Assembly (NCBI RefSeq): GCF_018350175.1
Contig: NC_058368.1
Location: 109,432,001-109,496,000, forward strand
Direction of reading: 5' to 3'
Length of the DNA: 64,000 nucleotides
Source: Felis catus
Lineage: Eukaryota
Shown: positions 1 through 50,772 of the stretch, piece by piece
How the letters are laid out: every line of letters begins with the position of its first letter
How positions within the stretch are numbered: the first letter of the stretch is position 1
The notes under the pieces: model-generated
The model's input: only the letters and a program-made list of their open reading frames with translations
What the model was told of the DNA's origin: nothing
Database searches by the model: none
Position numbers and translations under genes: made by a program

Positions 1-88
1 CTAAGAAACCTTGTAAAACTTACTCAGTTTTTTCACAAAAACAATGCACAAAATGATACTACCCCTTCACTATCTATTTCCACATTAT

Positions 89-325
89 TTTTTTTCTTTT
101 TTAATGTTTGTTTATTTTTAAGAGAGAGAGAGAGAAAGAAAGACAGAGTAGAGTGTGAGTGCAGGAGGGGCACAGAGAGCGAAGGAGACACAGAATCTGA
201 AGCAGGCTCCAGGCTCTGTGCTGTCAGCACAGAGCCCGACGCAGGGCTCAAGCTAGGTTAACAGCAAGATCAAGACCTGAGCCAAAGTCCAATACTTATT
301 AACCAAATGAGTCACCAGGTGTCCC
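89..325 (-). mobile_element. CAN-SINE (SINEC_Fc-type)
   Basis: Reverse complement of tRNA-derived head, (CT)n region, A tail. Confidence 0.9.
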
Positions 326-367
326 TATTTTCACATTATCAAGGTTGGAAATACACAATATAGCTTA

Positions 368-40766
<40,399 letters not shown>

Positions 40767-41187
40767 CGTGGCTCCCTCCTGTGCCCCGCTGACGTCCCCG
40801 CCCTGGGCGCAGTCCAACGGCGCCGGGTTCGCAGGAGAGGTTTGTCAGAGATTACCGAAATACCGCCTTGGCGCTCTCGAGACTGCGGCTCCTCGGGCGA
40901 GAGCAGGCTGTGCGCAAGCGCACTGCGAGCTCGCCCCGCCCCGTCCCCGGGCCTCAGGCTCTCTCGGCCTTCTGAATTACGCCTGCGCGGAAGCTTTCCG
41001 AGTCCGTCTCCTAGGACGCCAGACTAAGGCTGCGCCTGCGCAATGCTGCCATTCGACTGCGCTAGAACTCTGGCCCGCATTGGGGCGGGGATACCTGGCT
41101 GCCACCGGTAGGCAGGGGGAGGCGCTCCTAAATCCCGCGACTACCTTTCTGGCTCTGGCAATATTCCCAGTATTAAAAACAACCATA

Positions 41188-41408
41188 GGGGGGCACCTGG
41201 GCGGCTCAGTCGCTTGAGCGTCCGACTTAAGCTCAGGTCATGATCTCATAGTCCGTGACTTTGAGCCCCGCGTCGGGCTCTGTGCTGACAGCTCAGAGCC
41301 TGGAGCCTGTTTCAGATTCTTTGTCTCCCTCTCTCTGCCCCTTCCCCGCTCATGCTCTCTCTCTTCTCTCGAAAATGAGTAAACGTTAAAAAAAAAAAAA
41401 AAAAAAAA
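41188..41408 (+). mobile_element. CAN-SINE at edge of KIF3A CpG island
   Basis: CpG-retaining head, long A tail. Confidence 0.9.
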
Positions 41409-42759
41409 GGAAAAAATTTAAAAAGCAGTTGTACACTGCGTCCATGCGGAGAGCTAAAGACAGCCTGATTGCTGACTTGTTTATGACCTCTCTTACAGAT
41501 AAGGTCATAAGGAGCTTTGTAGGTGTTTTCACAAGTATCTCCAGAGCCTAAAATAGGACTTAAAATAGGACCTAGCACAGAGTAGGTTTTCAATAAATAT
41601 TTGTGAAAGAACGAATGATCTTGATCCATCTTCTTTCCTGTCTGAAGCTCGCTCTGAACACCAACTACTGGGCTTGGATGTGCAATAGGCTTTTCAAGAT
41701 CAGCCTTGTCAAAAATTGAAAGGTTGATTCCCGCCCCCGCCCACACACACACTACTACTGCCCATCCCCACCCCAAAACCCTGGCGAAACGTTAAAAAAA
41801 AAAAAAAAAAAAATGTGCCCTCTCAGACTTGCCTCAGCGTAATAAATCTAAGCTGAATCCTGACAATTGCTCAGGTCAAACCAGTCTCTTTTTCTCATAC
41901 CCAATAATCAATCTTTAAGCAGAGCTTGTTGTTTCTATCTTCAAAGTAGAACCAGAATCTAACCCTTTCTCACTACCACAATCACCTGTTATCTGTATTA
42001 CTACAACAGCTCAAAATTGGTTTCCTTGAGTGCACCCTTGTCCTCTTTTAGATGTTTTCAACACAGGAGCCAGAAAGATGGTGTTTAAACATGAATCAGA
42101 TAGTGTCTTTTCTCTATTCAAAACCTGCCGATGATTTCCTATCTCACAAACTGAAAGTCACAGGCCCTTTCCCCACTTCCTACAATCTTCCCTCTTGCTC
42201 ATTATTTTGCACCAGCCCCACTTGGCCTCCTTCAATGGACCTTCCGGGCATGGTTCCATCTTAGAACGAAAGAGCTTTTGCACTTGCAGTAGGAAATAAT
42301 AAAAACATCTATAAAGCATTTTACTTAGTGCCAGTGTACTATTCTAAGTGCTTTACTTTCTTTTTTTATTATTTAATACATATAAAAACCTTTTGAAATA
42401 GGTACTGTTAGTCATTTTACTAGAAAATAGGAACAAGTATTTTACAGATAAACAAACTCACGTACAGAGCCATTAAGTAACCGTCCAAGGTCAGACACAG
42501 GGGCAGTGACAAAGCTCAGATCCAAACTTAAGCCCTGGAAAGCTCTCCCTCTAAATATCCCGATGACTCCCCCACCTCTTTCAGAATGTCTTTGTTCACA
42601 CATCACCTTCTCAATGAGTCCTACCATGACCTCTCCACTTAAAATTTCAGCTTTCATCGCCCATCTTCTTATGTCTTCTCCCTATTTTATATTTCTCCAT
42701 AGTATTTATCACCATCTAATATACTGTATATATATATTATGTAAACACATATACATAGC

Positions 42760-45700
42760 TTTCTTGAGATATAATCAGACATCATACAAGTCGCCAATTT
42801 AAATTGTAAACATAAATGGCTTTTATTATATACACAGACTATAACCACTATCAATTTTAAACATTTTCATCACCCCAAAAAGGGACTCTATATTCATTAT
42901 AGTGACTCCCACTCATCCCACCCGCTCCTCGCCAACATCCTAGCCCTAGGCAATCACCAATCTACTTTATGTCTCATAGATTTGCCTATTTGGAACACTT
43001 CATATAAATTGAATTATATAATATGTGGCCTTTTGTGAATGACTTCTATCACTTAGAGTAATGTTTTCAAGCTTCAGCCCTGTTGTGGAATATATCAGTA
43101 ATTCTGTACTTATAAGGCTGAGTAATATTCCGTTATGTGGATATACCACATTTTTATACATTTGTCACTTGATGGACATTTGGGTTATTTCTACTTTTTG
43201 GCCATTATGAATATTGCCACTACAAGTTTCTGTGTGAACATGTTTCATTTCTCTTACATCTAATATGCCTACAAGTGGAGTTGCTGAGTCATTCAGTAAC
43301 TGTAATGTTTAACATTTTGAGGAACTACTGAACTTTTCTCTACAATGGCCACACCACCAGCAATTTTTCATTCTCACCAGCAACGTTATGAGGTTTACAA
43401 TTCCACCACATCCTCAGCAACACTTGCTACTTTCTTGTTTTGTTTTGTGTTTTGTTTTTATAGTCATACTACTGGTGTAAAATAGGATCCTATTACAGTT
43501 TTGATTTACAATTTCTTGATAACTAATGATGCATTTGCTTTCACCTGCTTATTGGCCATTTGGACGTCTTCTTTAGAGAAGCATCCGTGCAAATCCGTTG
43601 CCCATTTTGTCTTTTCATTATTAAGTTGTAAGAGTTCCTTCTGTATGCTAAATACAAGTCCCTTTTGGGATACACAGTATGCATACATTTTTCTCTGTGG
43701 GTTGTGTTTTTAATTTCTGGAGATCATTCTTTGAAGCTCAAACGTTTTTTGATTTAGATCAAATACAATTTATATACATTTTTTCTTTTGCTGTTTCTTT
43801 CGTTGTGTTTTTGGTACATATCTAAGAAACCATTTCCTAACCCAAGGTCATGCAGACTTATTCTTCTAAGAATTTTATAGTTTTAGCTCATACATTTAGA
43901 TCTATGATGTATTTTGAATTATGTTTACATAATGGTGTGGTACAGGGATCCAGCCTCATTGTTTGCATATGAATATCCAGCTGTCCTATCACCATTTGCT
44001 GAAAAAACTATTCTTCCCTCCACTGAACCACTTGTAGCACCCTTGCCAAAAATCAGTTGATCATGAATGTGACTTGATTTCCAAACTCTCAATTCAATTC
44101 CATTGATCTAAATGGCTAACCAAATGCCAGTACACCTTGATTGCTATAGGTTTGTAGTAGGTTTTGAAGTCATATAGTATGAGACCTCCATCTTTGTTCT
44201 CTTTTTTCAAGATTGTTTTGGCTATTGTGAATCCTTTGCATTTCCATGGAAACTTTAGAAACACCTTGTAAATTTCTGCAAAAAGCCATCTGGAAACTTA
44301 ACAGGGATTACATTGAATCTATAGATCAATTTGGTAAGTATTGCCATTTTAACAATGCAAGTCTTTTCATCTATGAACATGGAATGCCTTTCCATTTATC
44401 TATGTCTTCTTTAATTTCTCTCAGTGATGTTTTGTCGTTTTCAATATATAAATAATGCAGTTTTTGGTTGTATTCTTGAATATTTTAGTCTTTTGTATGC
44501 TATTGAAAATGGAATTATTTTCTTTCTTTTTTTTTAAGTTTATTTATTTTGAGAGTGACAGAGAGTGTGAGCAGGAGAGGGGTAGAGAAAGAGGGAGAAT
44601 CTCAAGCAGGCTCCACACTGTCAGCGCAGAGCCCAGTGTGGGTCTCGATCCCACCAACCATGAGATCAAGTCCTGAGCCAAAATCAAGAGTTGGATGCTT
44701 AACCGACTGAGCCACCCAGGCATCCCTGGAATTATTTTCTTAATTTTATTTTCAGATTGCTCATTGACAGTGTATAAAAAATTGATTTTTTCTAGTACAT
44801 TGACCTTGTACTCTGAACTTCCATGAACTTATTACCTCTAATAGTTTTTTAGCAGATTCCTTAGGATCTTCTATATACAAGATCTTTATTTCTTCATCTG
44901 AAAGATAATTTCATTAGATACACAATTCGAGGTTGGTAGCATTTTTCTCTCAACACTTTAAATATCTCGGCCCACATCTTGCTTGCATGATCTCTGAAGA
45001 GAACTGAAATGTAATTCTTATCTTTGCTCTTCTATAGGTAAGTTTCTTCCCCTCCCCGCCTCCAGCTTCTTTCAAAACTTTATCTTTGATTCTCTGTAGT
45101 TTGAATGATATGCCTAGGTATACTTGGGAGGCATTTATCCCACCTGGTGTTCTTTGAGATTCCTCGTTCTGTGGTTTGGTGTCTCATATTACCTGAGGAA
45201 ATTCTCAGTCATCATCACTCCAAATATTTCTTCTATTCCCTTTTCTTTCTTCTCCTTCTGACATTCGCATATATTTTAATGTAAATTTAATGTAATGTAA
45301 ATCTTAATGAAATATATCTCACGTAAATAAAAGTGCACAAATCAAAAATGCACCGCTTGATCAGTTTTCGCAAGGCGAACACGTGTGTAATCAGCATCCA
45401 AATCACGAAACAGAACATTTCCAGCCCTGGAAGCTCCTTGTGTTCCTTCCCAGTCACTATCCACAGCCCTCTAACGGTAACCACTATCTTAACTCTTAAC
45501 GTTACAGATTTCGTTTTTCTTGTTCTTATACTTTATGTTAATGGAATTATACAGTATGACGTCTTTTGTCTCTGTCCCTCAACATTCAGTATTATGTTTG
45601 TGAGATTTTTTTTCTTGTTGGGTGGAGCATTAGTCCATTCTTTTTCAATGTGGTGTAGTATTCCAGAGTGCGAACATACAAAAATTTGTTTATTGCATTC

Positions 45701-45800
45701 AATTGCTGACGGACATTTGGGGCTATGACAACATTGCGTAGGTGTCTTTTTGATGCACATATATGAATTTCTGTTGAGCATATACTTAAAAGTGAAATCG
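42760..45800 (-). mobile_element. Cluster of old L1 fragments between the two promoters
   Basis: Antisense L1 motifs (gatggacatttgggttatttc; ccagtacaccttgattgctatagg). Confidence 0.75.
44520..44726 (-). mobile_element. CAN-SINE
   Basis: Antisense SINEC flanked by tggaattatttt duplication. Confidence 0.88.
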
Positions 45801-46099
45801 CTGGGATTTCTATATATTCTGTTCATGTTTATTATCTGTCTCTCCTGGCTAGAATGTAAACTCCATGTCTGTGTTATTCACTGTTATGTCCTAACATTGT
45901 AGGCCTTCACTGATTAACTGCTGATCGGAAAAATATATGCATGAAGGAACTACTTTGTGAGGCAGATTTTGCCTTTTTTTAAGAGTCGAAGTAAACAGGA
46001 CTGAGAGCTCAAGTCCCATAAACGAGATCACACAGAGTCAGAATTCCATCTCAAGGGTGTCTGACTGAGGAGCGCTCTGGACGCTTCTCTACCTGGTCT

Positions 46100-47150
46100 T
46101 GTGTGCCGCAAAGCCCTACTGTGAAATAAGACGCGGGGTCTGCGGCCCGGTGAACTTCTCCAGGGCCCAAGTGCTCACCAGGTGACGCATTCCGGATTCG
46201 GGACTCTGGTCCTGGGGCTTCGGGCGTCGGGTGGGGAAGAAGCGCTCAGCGGGAGGTGGGGGCGGGGAGTGAAAGAAGACGGAATCCTTCACCCACCCGC
46301 AAGCACTCCACGCGCCACAAGCTGTGAGCAAGTGTCAAAGCCCGGCGGGTTGGGAGTTCCAGGAGCTGCTGCGCGCCCGGGCTGGGGGTGGGCCCGCCAA
46401 ACCCTCCCCGCCCCGGCGCGGCCCTAGCTGCAAGTCCCCCGCGCCGGGTTATAAAAGGCCGGCTATGGCGGGACCCAGACCCAGGAGCCGGCGCTCGCCA
46501 TGGCCTCCGGCAGGCGGCTCCCCTCGCAACCTTCGGCCCCAGGGGGGAGATCAGAGCCGCGTTTGGGCGAAGCGGCCCGCGGCATTCTTCTCCCGCGGCC
46601 TTGGTGGAACCCGTAGCTCTCCGCGCCGTCACCGAGAGGACCCCGAGCTGCCTGTCCCGCTCTCGGTGCCGCGCCAGGTCCGCAGCTCCCGCGGCCACCC
46701 CTCCAGTCCTCAACCCCGCGGGTGCCGTGCGAATGGGGACGCCCTCTGGATGAGCGCCGACTGGCCGCCCACCCGCAACTGGCCCTGGGACGCGAGGCGC
46801 GCCCGTGGCGTGGCGGTCAACCCCAGGTAGCGGGCCCCGCGGCCGGAGCCTTCCGGGAGCACGTTCACCCCCTTCCTCTTGCGCGCACGGGAGCGGCCGG
46901 GTTCCACCTGCGCCCGCGCCCAGGTGAGCAGCACCCTGGAGGCGGGGACCTTCACCAGGTGCGTGCCATGCACGAGGCACGAGGCGGCGGTCGCTAGCCC
47001 CTCTCGCAGAGAGGACGCCTTTCTGGTAGGTGCTTCGGAAGAGGTCTTGAGTTGGGAAACCCTGCTTAGGACCAAAACGGGCGCGAGGACCATCTCAATC
47101 CGTGAACCGCTGGGCAACACTCAGTCCCATCGCGGTTTAAGGTGCAGGGA
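46100..47150. promoter_or_regulatory. CpG island / CCNI2 promoter with TATA box
   Basis: CpG-dense block; TATAAAAG at 46450-46457, GC boxes at ~46260 and ~46406; ATG 46500 in gccATGG context. Confidence 0.85.
46500..46826 (+). CDS. CCNI2: CCNI2 exon 1 (327 nt, interrupted by TAG 46614-46616)
   Basis: MASGRRLPSQPS...WWNP*LSAP...LDERRLAAHPQLALGREARPWRGGQPQ|gtagcg, one frame throughout. Confidence 0.8.
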
Positions 47151-47259
47151 CGTCTCACATCCCCTCTGGTGACCTTCAGCAGGCTTGTGTCCACACAGGC
47201 GAACCTACACTGGCCACCAACGACCTTCCCTGCCCTCCCCTACCCCTTCTTTCCAACAG

Positions 47260-47388
47260 GCTGAGATCTGCCACAAGGTCCAGGAAATCGTGTTGTCGCT
47301 CCTGGGGCTTAAGAACATTTTTAACTTCTCCCAAATTACTTTTAACCTGGCTCTCACTACCTTCAGCCGCCTACTGGTTTCAGTAAAG
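47260..47388 (+). CDS. CCNI2: CCNI2 exon 2 (129 nt, cyclin box helices 1-2)
   Basis: caacag|GCTGAG...GTAAAG|gtaggg; AEICHKVQEIVLSLLGLKNIFNFSQITFNLALTTFSRLLVSVK. Confidence 0.9.
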
Positions 47389-47898
47389 GTAGGGGCTCTG
47401 GGGGTGGTAATAGAGGGTGGGAGAAGAAACTGACCTCTGCCCTCGATTGCTGCCTGAGAGGTCCACTATCCCAGCTGCTTAGAGGCTCATAAACTAAGGG
47501 TTACATCCCACTACCCAGCCTGTCTGCCTCAATGTTGTGTGGCTGTCCCTCTGAAGGGATCTAGCTGGGAAAGGACTTACTGTGTGATCATGTGGGGTGT
47601 GTTTGTCTGGATCTCGCCATTGCAGCCTGTGGTCATGATGTGTTCCCCGAAATGGTGCTGTATTTCCCACCCTCGTTCATCCCCCTAACAAGGGACTACT
47701 GACTAGCCACTGGTGCTTCTGAAATCAGGGGCATATTCACGGGTCAAATGTAAAACATGGCACTAATTGGTGGAGGAATACAATACATCTCTTTTTGAAG
47801 AAAGGAAAAAACATAATTTCCCAAAGAAACCCACCGGTGCTTGACTATTTGTTCCTGGCATTCATATTCTGGTCAAATGTGTTTGTTCCATACTTCAG

Positions 47899-47973
47899 AT
47901 AAGAGAGAGATTACTCCATTGTGTCATGATTACTTGCTTGAGACTTGCTGCCACATTTAATGAAGAAGAGGAG
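47899..47973 (+). CDS. CCNI2: CCNI2 exon 3 (75 nt)
   Basis: ttcag|ATA...GAG|gtaggc; IRERLLHCVMITCLRLAATFNEEEE. Confidence 0.9.
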
Positions 47974-49468
47974 GTAGGCATCCCTGGGAGTCCACTCTGG
48001 GCTGCTTTTGAAGTATAGGAGTGTTATACTGGAACATTCAGACTCCCAGAAAGGTGTGTCCTTAGGAATGGTGGGCTTTTTAGAAAATTCATTAACTTTC
48101 CAGGATCTCTGCTGTGCTGCCTTTAGCCTTGTTGGACCTCAAGACCCCATAATGGGCACTCAGAACAGCTGAATTCTCCTGGTCCAGCAAACCCAGAGGT
48201 CTGATCTCCTAGCAGATATATCTTTATTGGTCGATGTCTGATGCCACCTCCCACTGAACAGAAACATTGGCTGCTGAGCTAGGAAAAAGGCCTCCCCAAA
48301 CCATGTGCCGTAATGCCCCCCCCCCCCTAGAAACCTGTTGAGACTTAAGGACTTGTCTGTGTCACTGAAGCTGCTCTTCAGGGACTTTGGGACCCTTCTC
48401 TTGAGAGGCAGGAGGGCCATGTGCCAGGGGTCGAGGAGATGCCCCCACAAGTGCTTCAGGCTTGCTTGAACTTGGCAGTTTCACTGTAGTTTCTGTTGAG
48501 AAGATTCTCTCCCAATATCCTTTCCAGACCCCCCTCCTTCCATCTCCACAAACCTTCCCCCTTTAGGGATAGTAAAGCCTGTCATTGCCACAGGGTTCCC
48601 CTTGGCTAAGTTCAGGGTCTGAAGGGTCAGAAAATATCGTTTGTGTGTCCAGTTCCAAACATTGAGTAAAAATGCTTTTAACCCCTGTCCATTACAATAT
48701 AATGTGTGCTCCCCTCCAACAAAGTTGCTTTTTTTTTCAACTAAAAATCAAGTAAATGACCCTTAAAATAAGTGTTTGTGGAGGTTATAATAGTTGTTGG
48801 CTTACCTAAAAAAGTAGACTGGTCTGTGCAGCACCTGGTACTTGAATAAGTCTTATAAGTCCCTCTGGGAAAAAGTCCTTGTTTTTCCAGAACTGAACCG
48901 CCTTAAATCAAGGTTGAAGGAAACGTGGTTGTAGCTATGGTGTTGCCAAAACCACGGGAGGTTTTGTGAGTGAGCCTGTCTAGTGCAGACCGGGAAGTTC
49001 AAAGACCTACTTTTGCTCTCTATGACAAGTAATCACCGTGGGGGTCGGGAACAGGAATGATAAGGATAAAAACCGTGCAGCTGAATGGGGGGGACGCGGC
49101 ACAGCCCCGCCCTCCAAAGGACCTTTGGGCATGAGCTGGAGTGCGTTTGTGGATCGAGGCCTGTTTGCACTGAAACACCATATTGTACACCTAAAATTGA
49201 CCTCACACCATATGTTAACTACGCTGCAGTTAAAACAAAAACTTGTTTGCAGAGGGTGACCATGTGCCATTCACTACACGTTGTCATAACTACCTGGGAC
49301 TTGACACATGGCCAAAATCTGACTTGGTGTTTCTGTCAGAAGCATTTTCTGTGGCATGTCACGAGAAGACAACTCTCCTAGGGTCACGGATGCCCGGTTC
49401 CCATGGATAAGAAAACAAGTTACCATGACATGATACAGGGCTTTGGCCTCTTTATTTTCTTTTTACAG

Positions 49469-49609
49469 TTAATTCCACGCATAAAAGACTTCATAAAGCA
49501 CTACGGCTCTGGCTATACCCCGGGCGAGCTGCTGAGGGTGGAGCTGGCTATTTTGGACAGACTGCACTGGGACCTCTATATTGGGATACCGCTGGACTTC
49601 TTGACCATA
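49469..49609 (+). CDS. CCNI2: CCNI2 exon 4 (141 nt)
   Basis: tttacag|TTA...ATA|gtaaat; LIPRIKDFIKHYGSGYTPGELLRVELAILDRLHWDLYIGIPLDFLTI. Confidence 0.92.
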
Positions 49610-49968
49610 GTAAATACGAGGAGTTTGCAGAGTCTGCCCTAGACTCGTGTGCGCCTTTGGAACAGCTGTTCACAACATAGGATGGCAAAGCACAGGCGTG
49701 CACACGTCCTTACACATACCACAGTGAGGTGACCCACAGGGCTCATGACACACGTAAGAGGGAAAATGGAGATCTTAAATCCAACACAGTTCCACCAGAC
49801 CCCCGCTTCTAAAAGACAATAGATTATAAAGATTTTTTTGACGGCACTGTTGTGGTGAGTTTCTCTTTAAATACACACTGCAAAAATATTTAACTTTCCA
49901 TTCTATGAATACTGTACATAAAAAGCTGTCTGCCTGTGCTACACTTTACACACATTCACTTAGCTGTC

Positions 49969-49974
49969 TTTATT
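49969..49974 (-). terminator. Candidate distal SEPT8 poly(A) signal (AATAAA)
   Basis: TTTATT on plus, ~620 nt downstream of the distal-exon stop; motif only. Confidence 0.45.
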
Positions 49975-50541
49975 CACCTACACACGATCCTTATTGAGGC
50001 TTTAGACCATATTGATCTGGCACTTAAAAAATATTGTATTAGTTGGTATTTTTTGAGTTGGGGAATGATGGTCATTCTTAAGGAATGATTCCGTTAGTAA
50101 GGCAAAATTATGCAATGGGAAATGTATGGGGTTTTGGTCGGTTAGGAAGCATGAAGATTAAATCACTAAGGGCTGTTTCATTCTGAAAACTGGCCATTGT
50201 TGCCAAGTTGCAGTATACAGATACAAGTAACTTTTCTGCTATCTTAATCTTGAATAGTATGCTTCTGTTTTTCAGAACTGAAACATTGTCATCTAGGTAC
50301 TTTAAGCTCTTAATGACCATCCCAGGAAGCAGATTGTCTTTTCTCTCCAAGGTTGAAGCTCAGCTTGGCCACAGAATGAGTATTAAGCTTCAAGTCCCTT
50401 TTGGGGCCATGGATGGGAATGGAAGGGGTTGGGCAACATCGGATGCTCCCTGATGGAAATTTAACTTGTTTGCACTTTTGGTCATTGATATATGAAAGGT
50501 ATGGGGTTTTCTGTTCTAACATTAAAAACCACGGTCTCTAG

Positions 50542-50772
50542 TTCCATGCCCTGGTGGTCCTGGGCTGGCCCCACGTGGTGGAGCTGCTGCCTCAGAGGAA
50601 TCCTTCCCTCCACGTCGCGTCCCTGACCAGGCAGCTGCAGCACTGTATGGCGGGCCACCAGCTGCTGCAGTTCAAGGGCTCCACACTGGCCTTGGTCATC
50701 ATCACCTTAGAGTTGGAGAGGCTCATGCCCGACTGGTGTACTCCTATATCTGATCTGCTAAAGAAAGCACAG
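50542..50772 (+). CDS. CCNI2: CCNI2 exon 5 (231 nt)
   Basis: ctctag|TTCCAT...CAG|gtagac; [77 protein letters not shown]. Confidence 0.93.
50592..50757 (-). CDS. SEPTIN8: SEPT8 distal terminal coding exon, antisense inside CCNI2 exon 5
   Basis: gctttctttag|C AGA TCA GAT...; [55 protein letters not shown]; phase matches the 60022 donor; matches the recalled C-terminus of the long SEPT8 isoform. Confidence 0.88.

Noticed and set aside
41787..41813. aaacgtt(A)n resembling an orphan SINE tail
   Set aside because: Too short and no clear TSD; may be a simple A-run.
46246..47172. Alternative-frame ORFs over CCNI2 exon 1, including ATG 46465 and the strong donor at 46923, as rescue of the stop
   Set aside because: ATG 46465 is probably upstream of the start site, is out of frame at the 46826 donor, and its frame stops at 46828 before reaching 46923.
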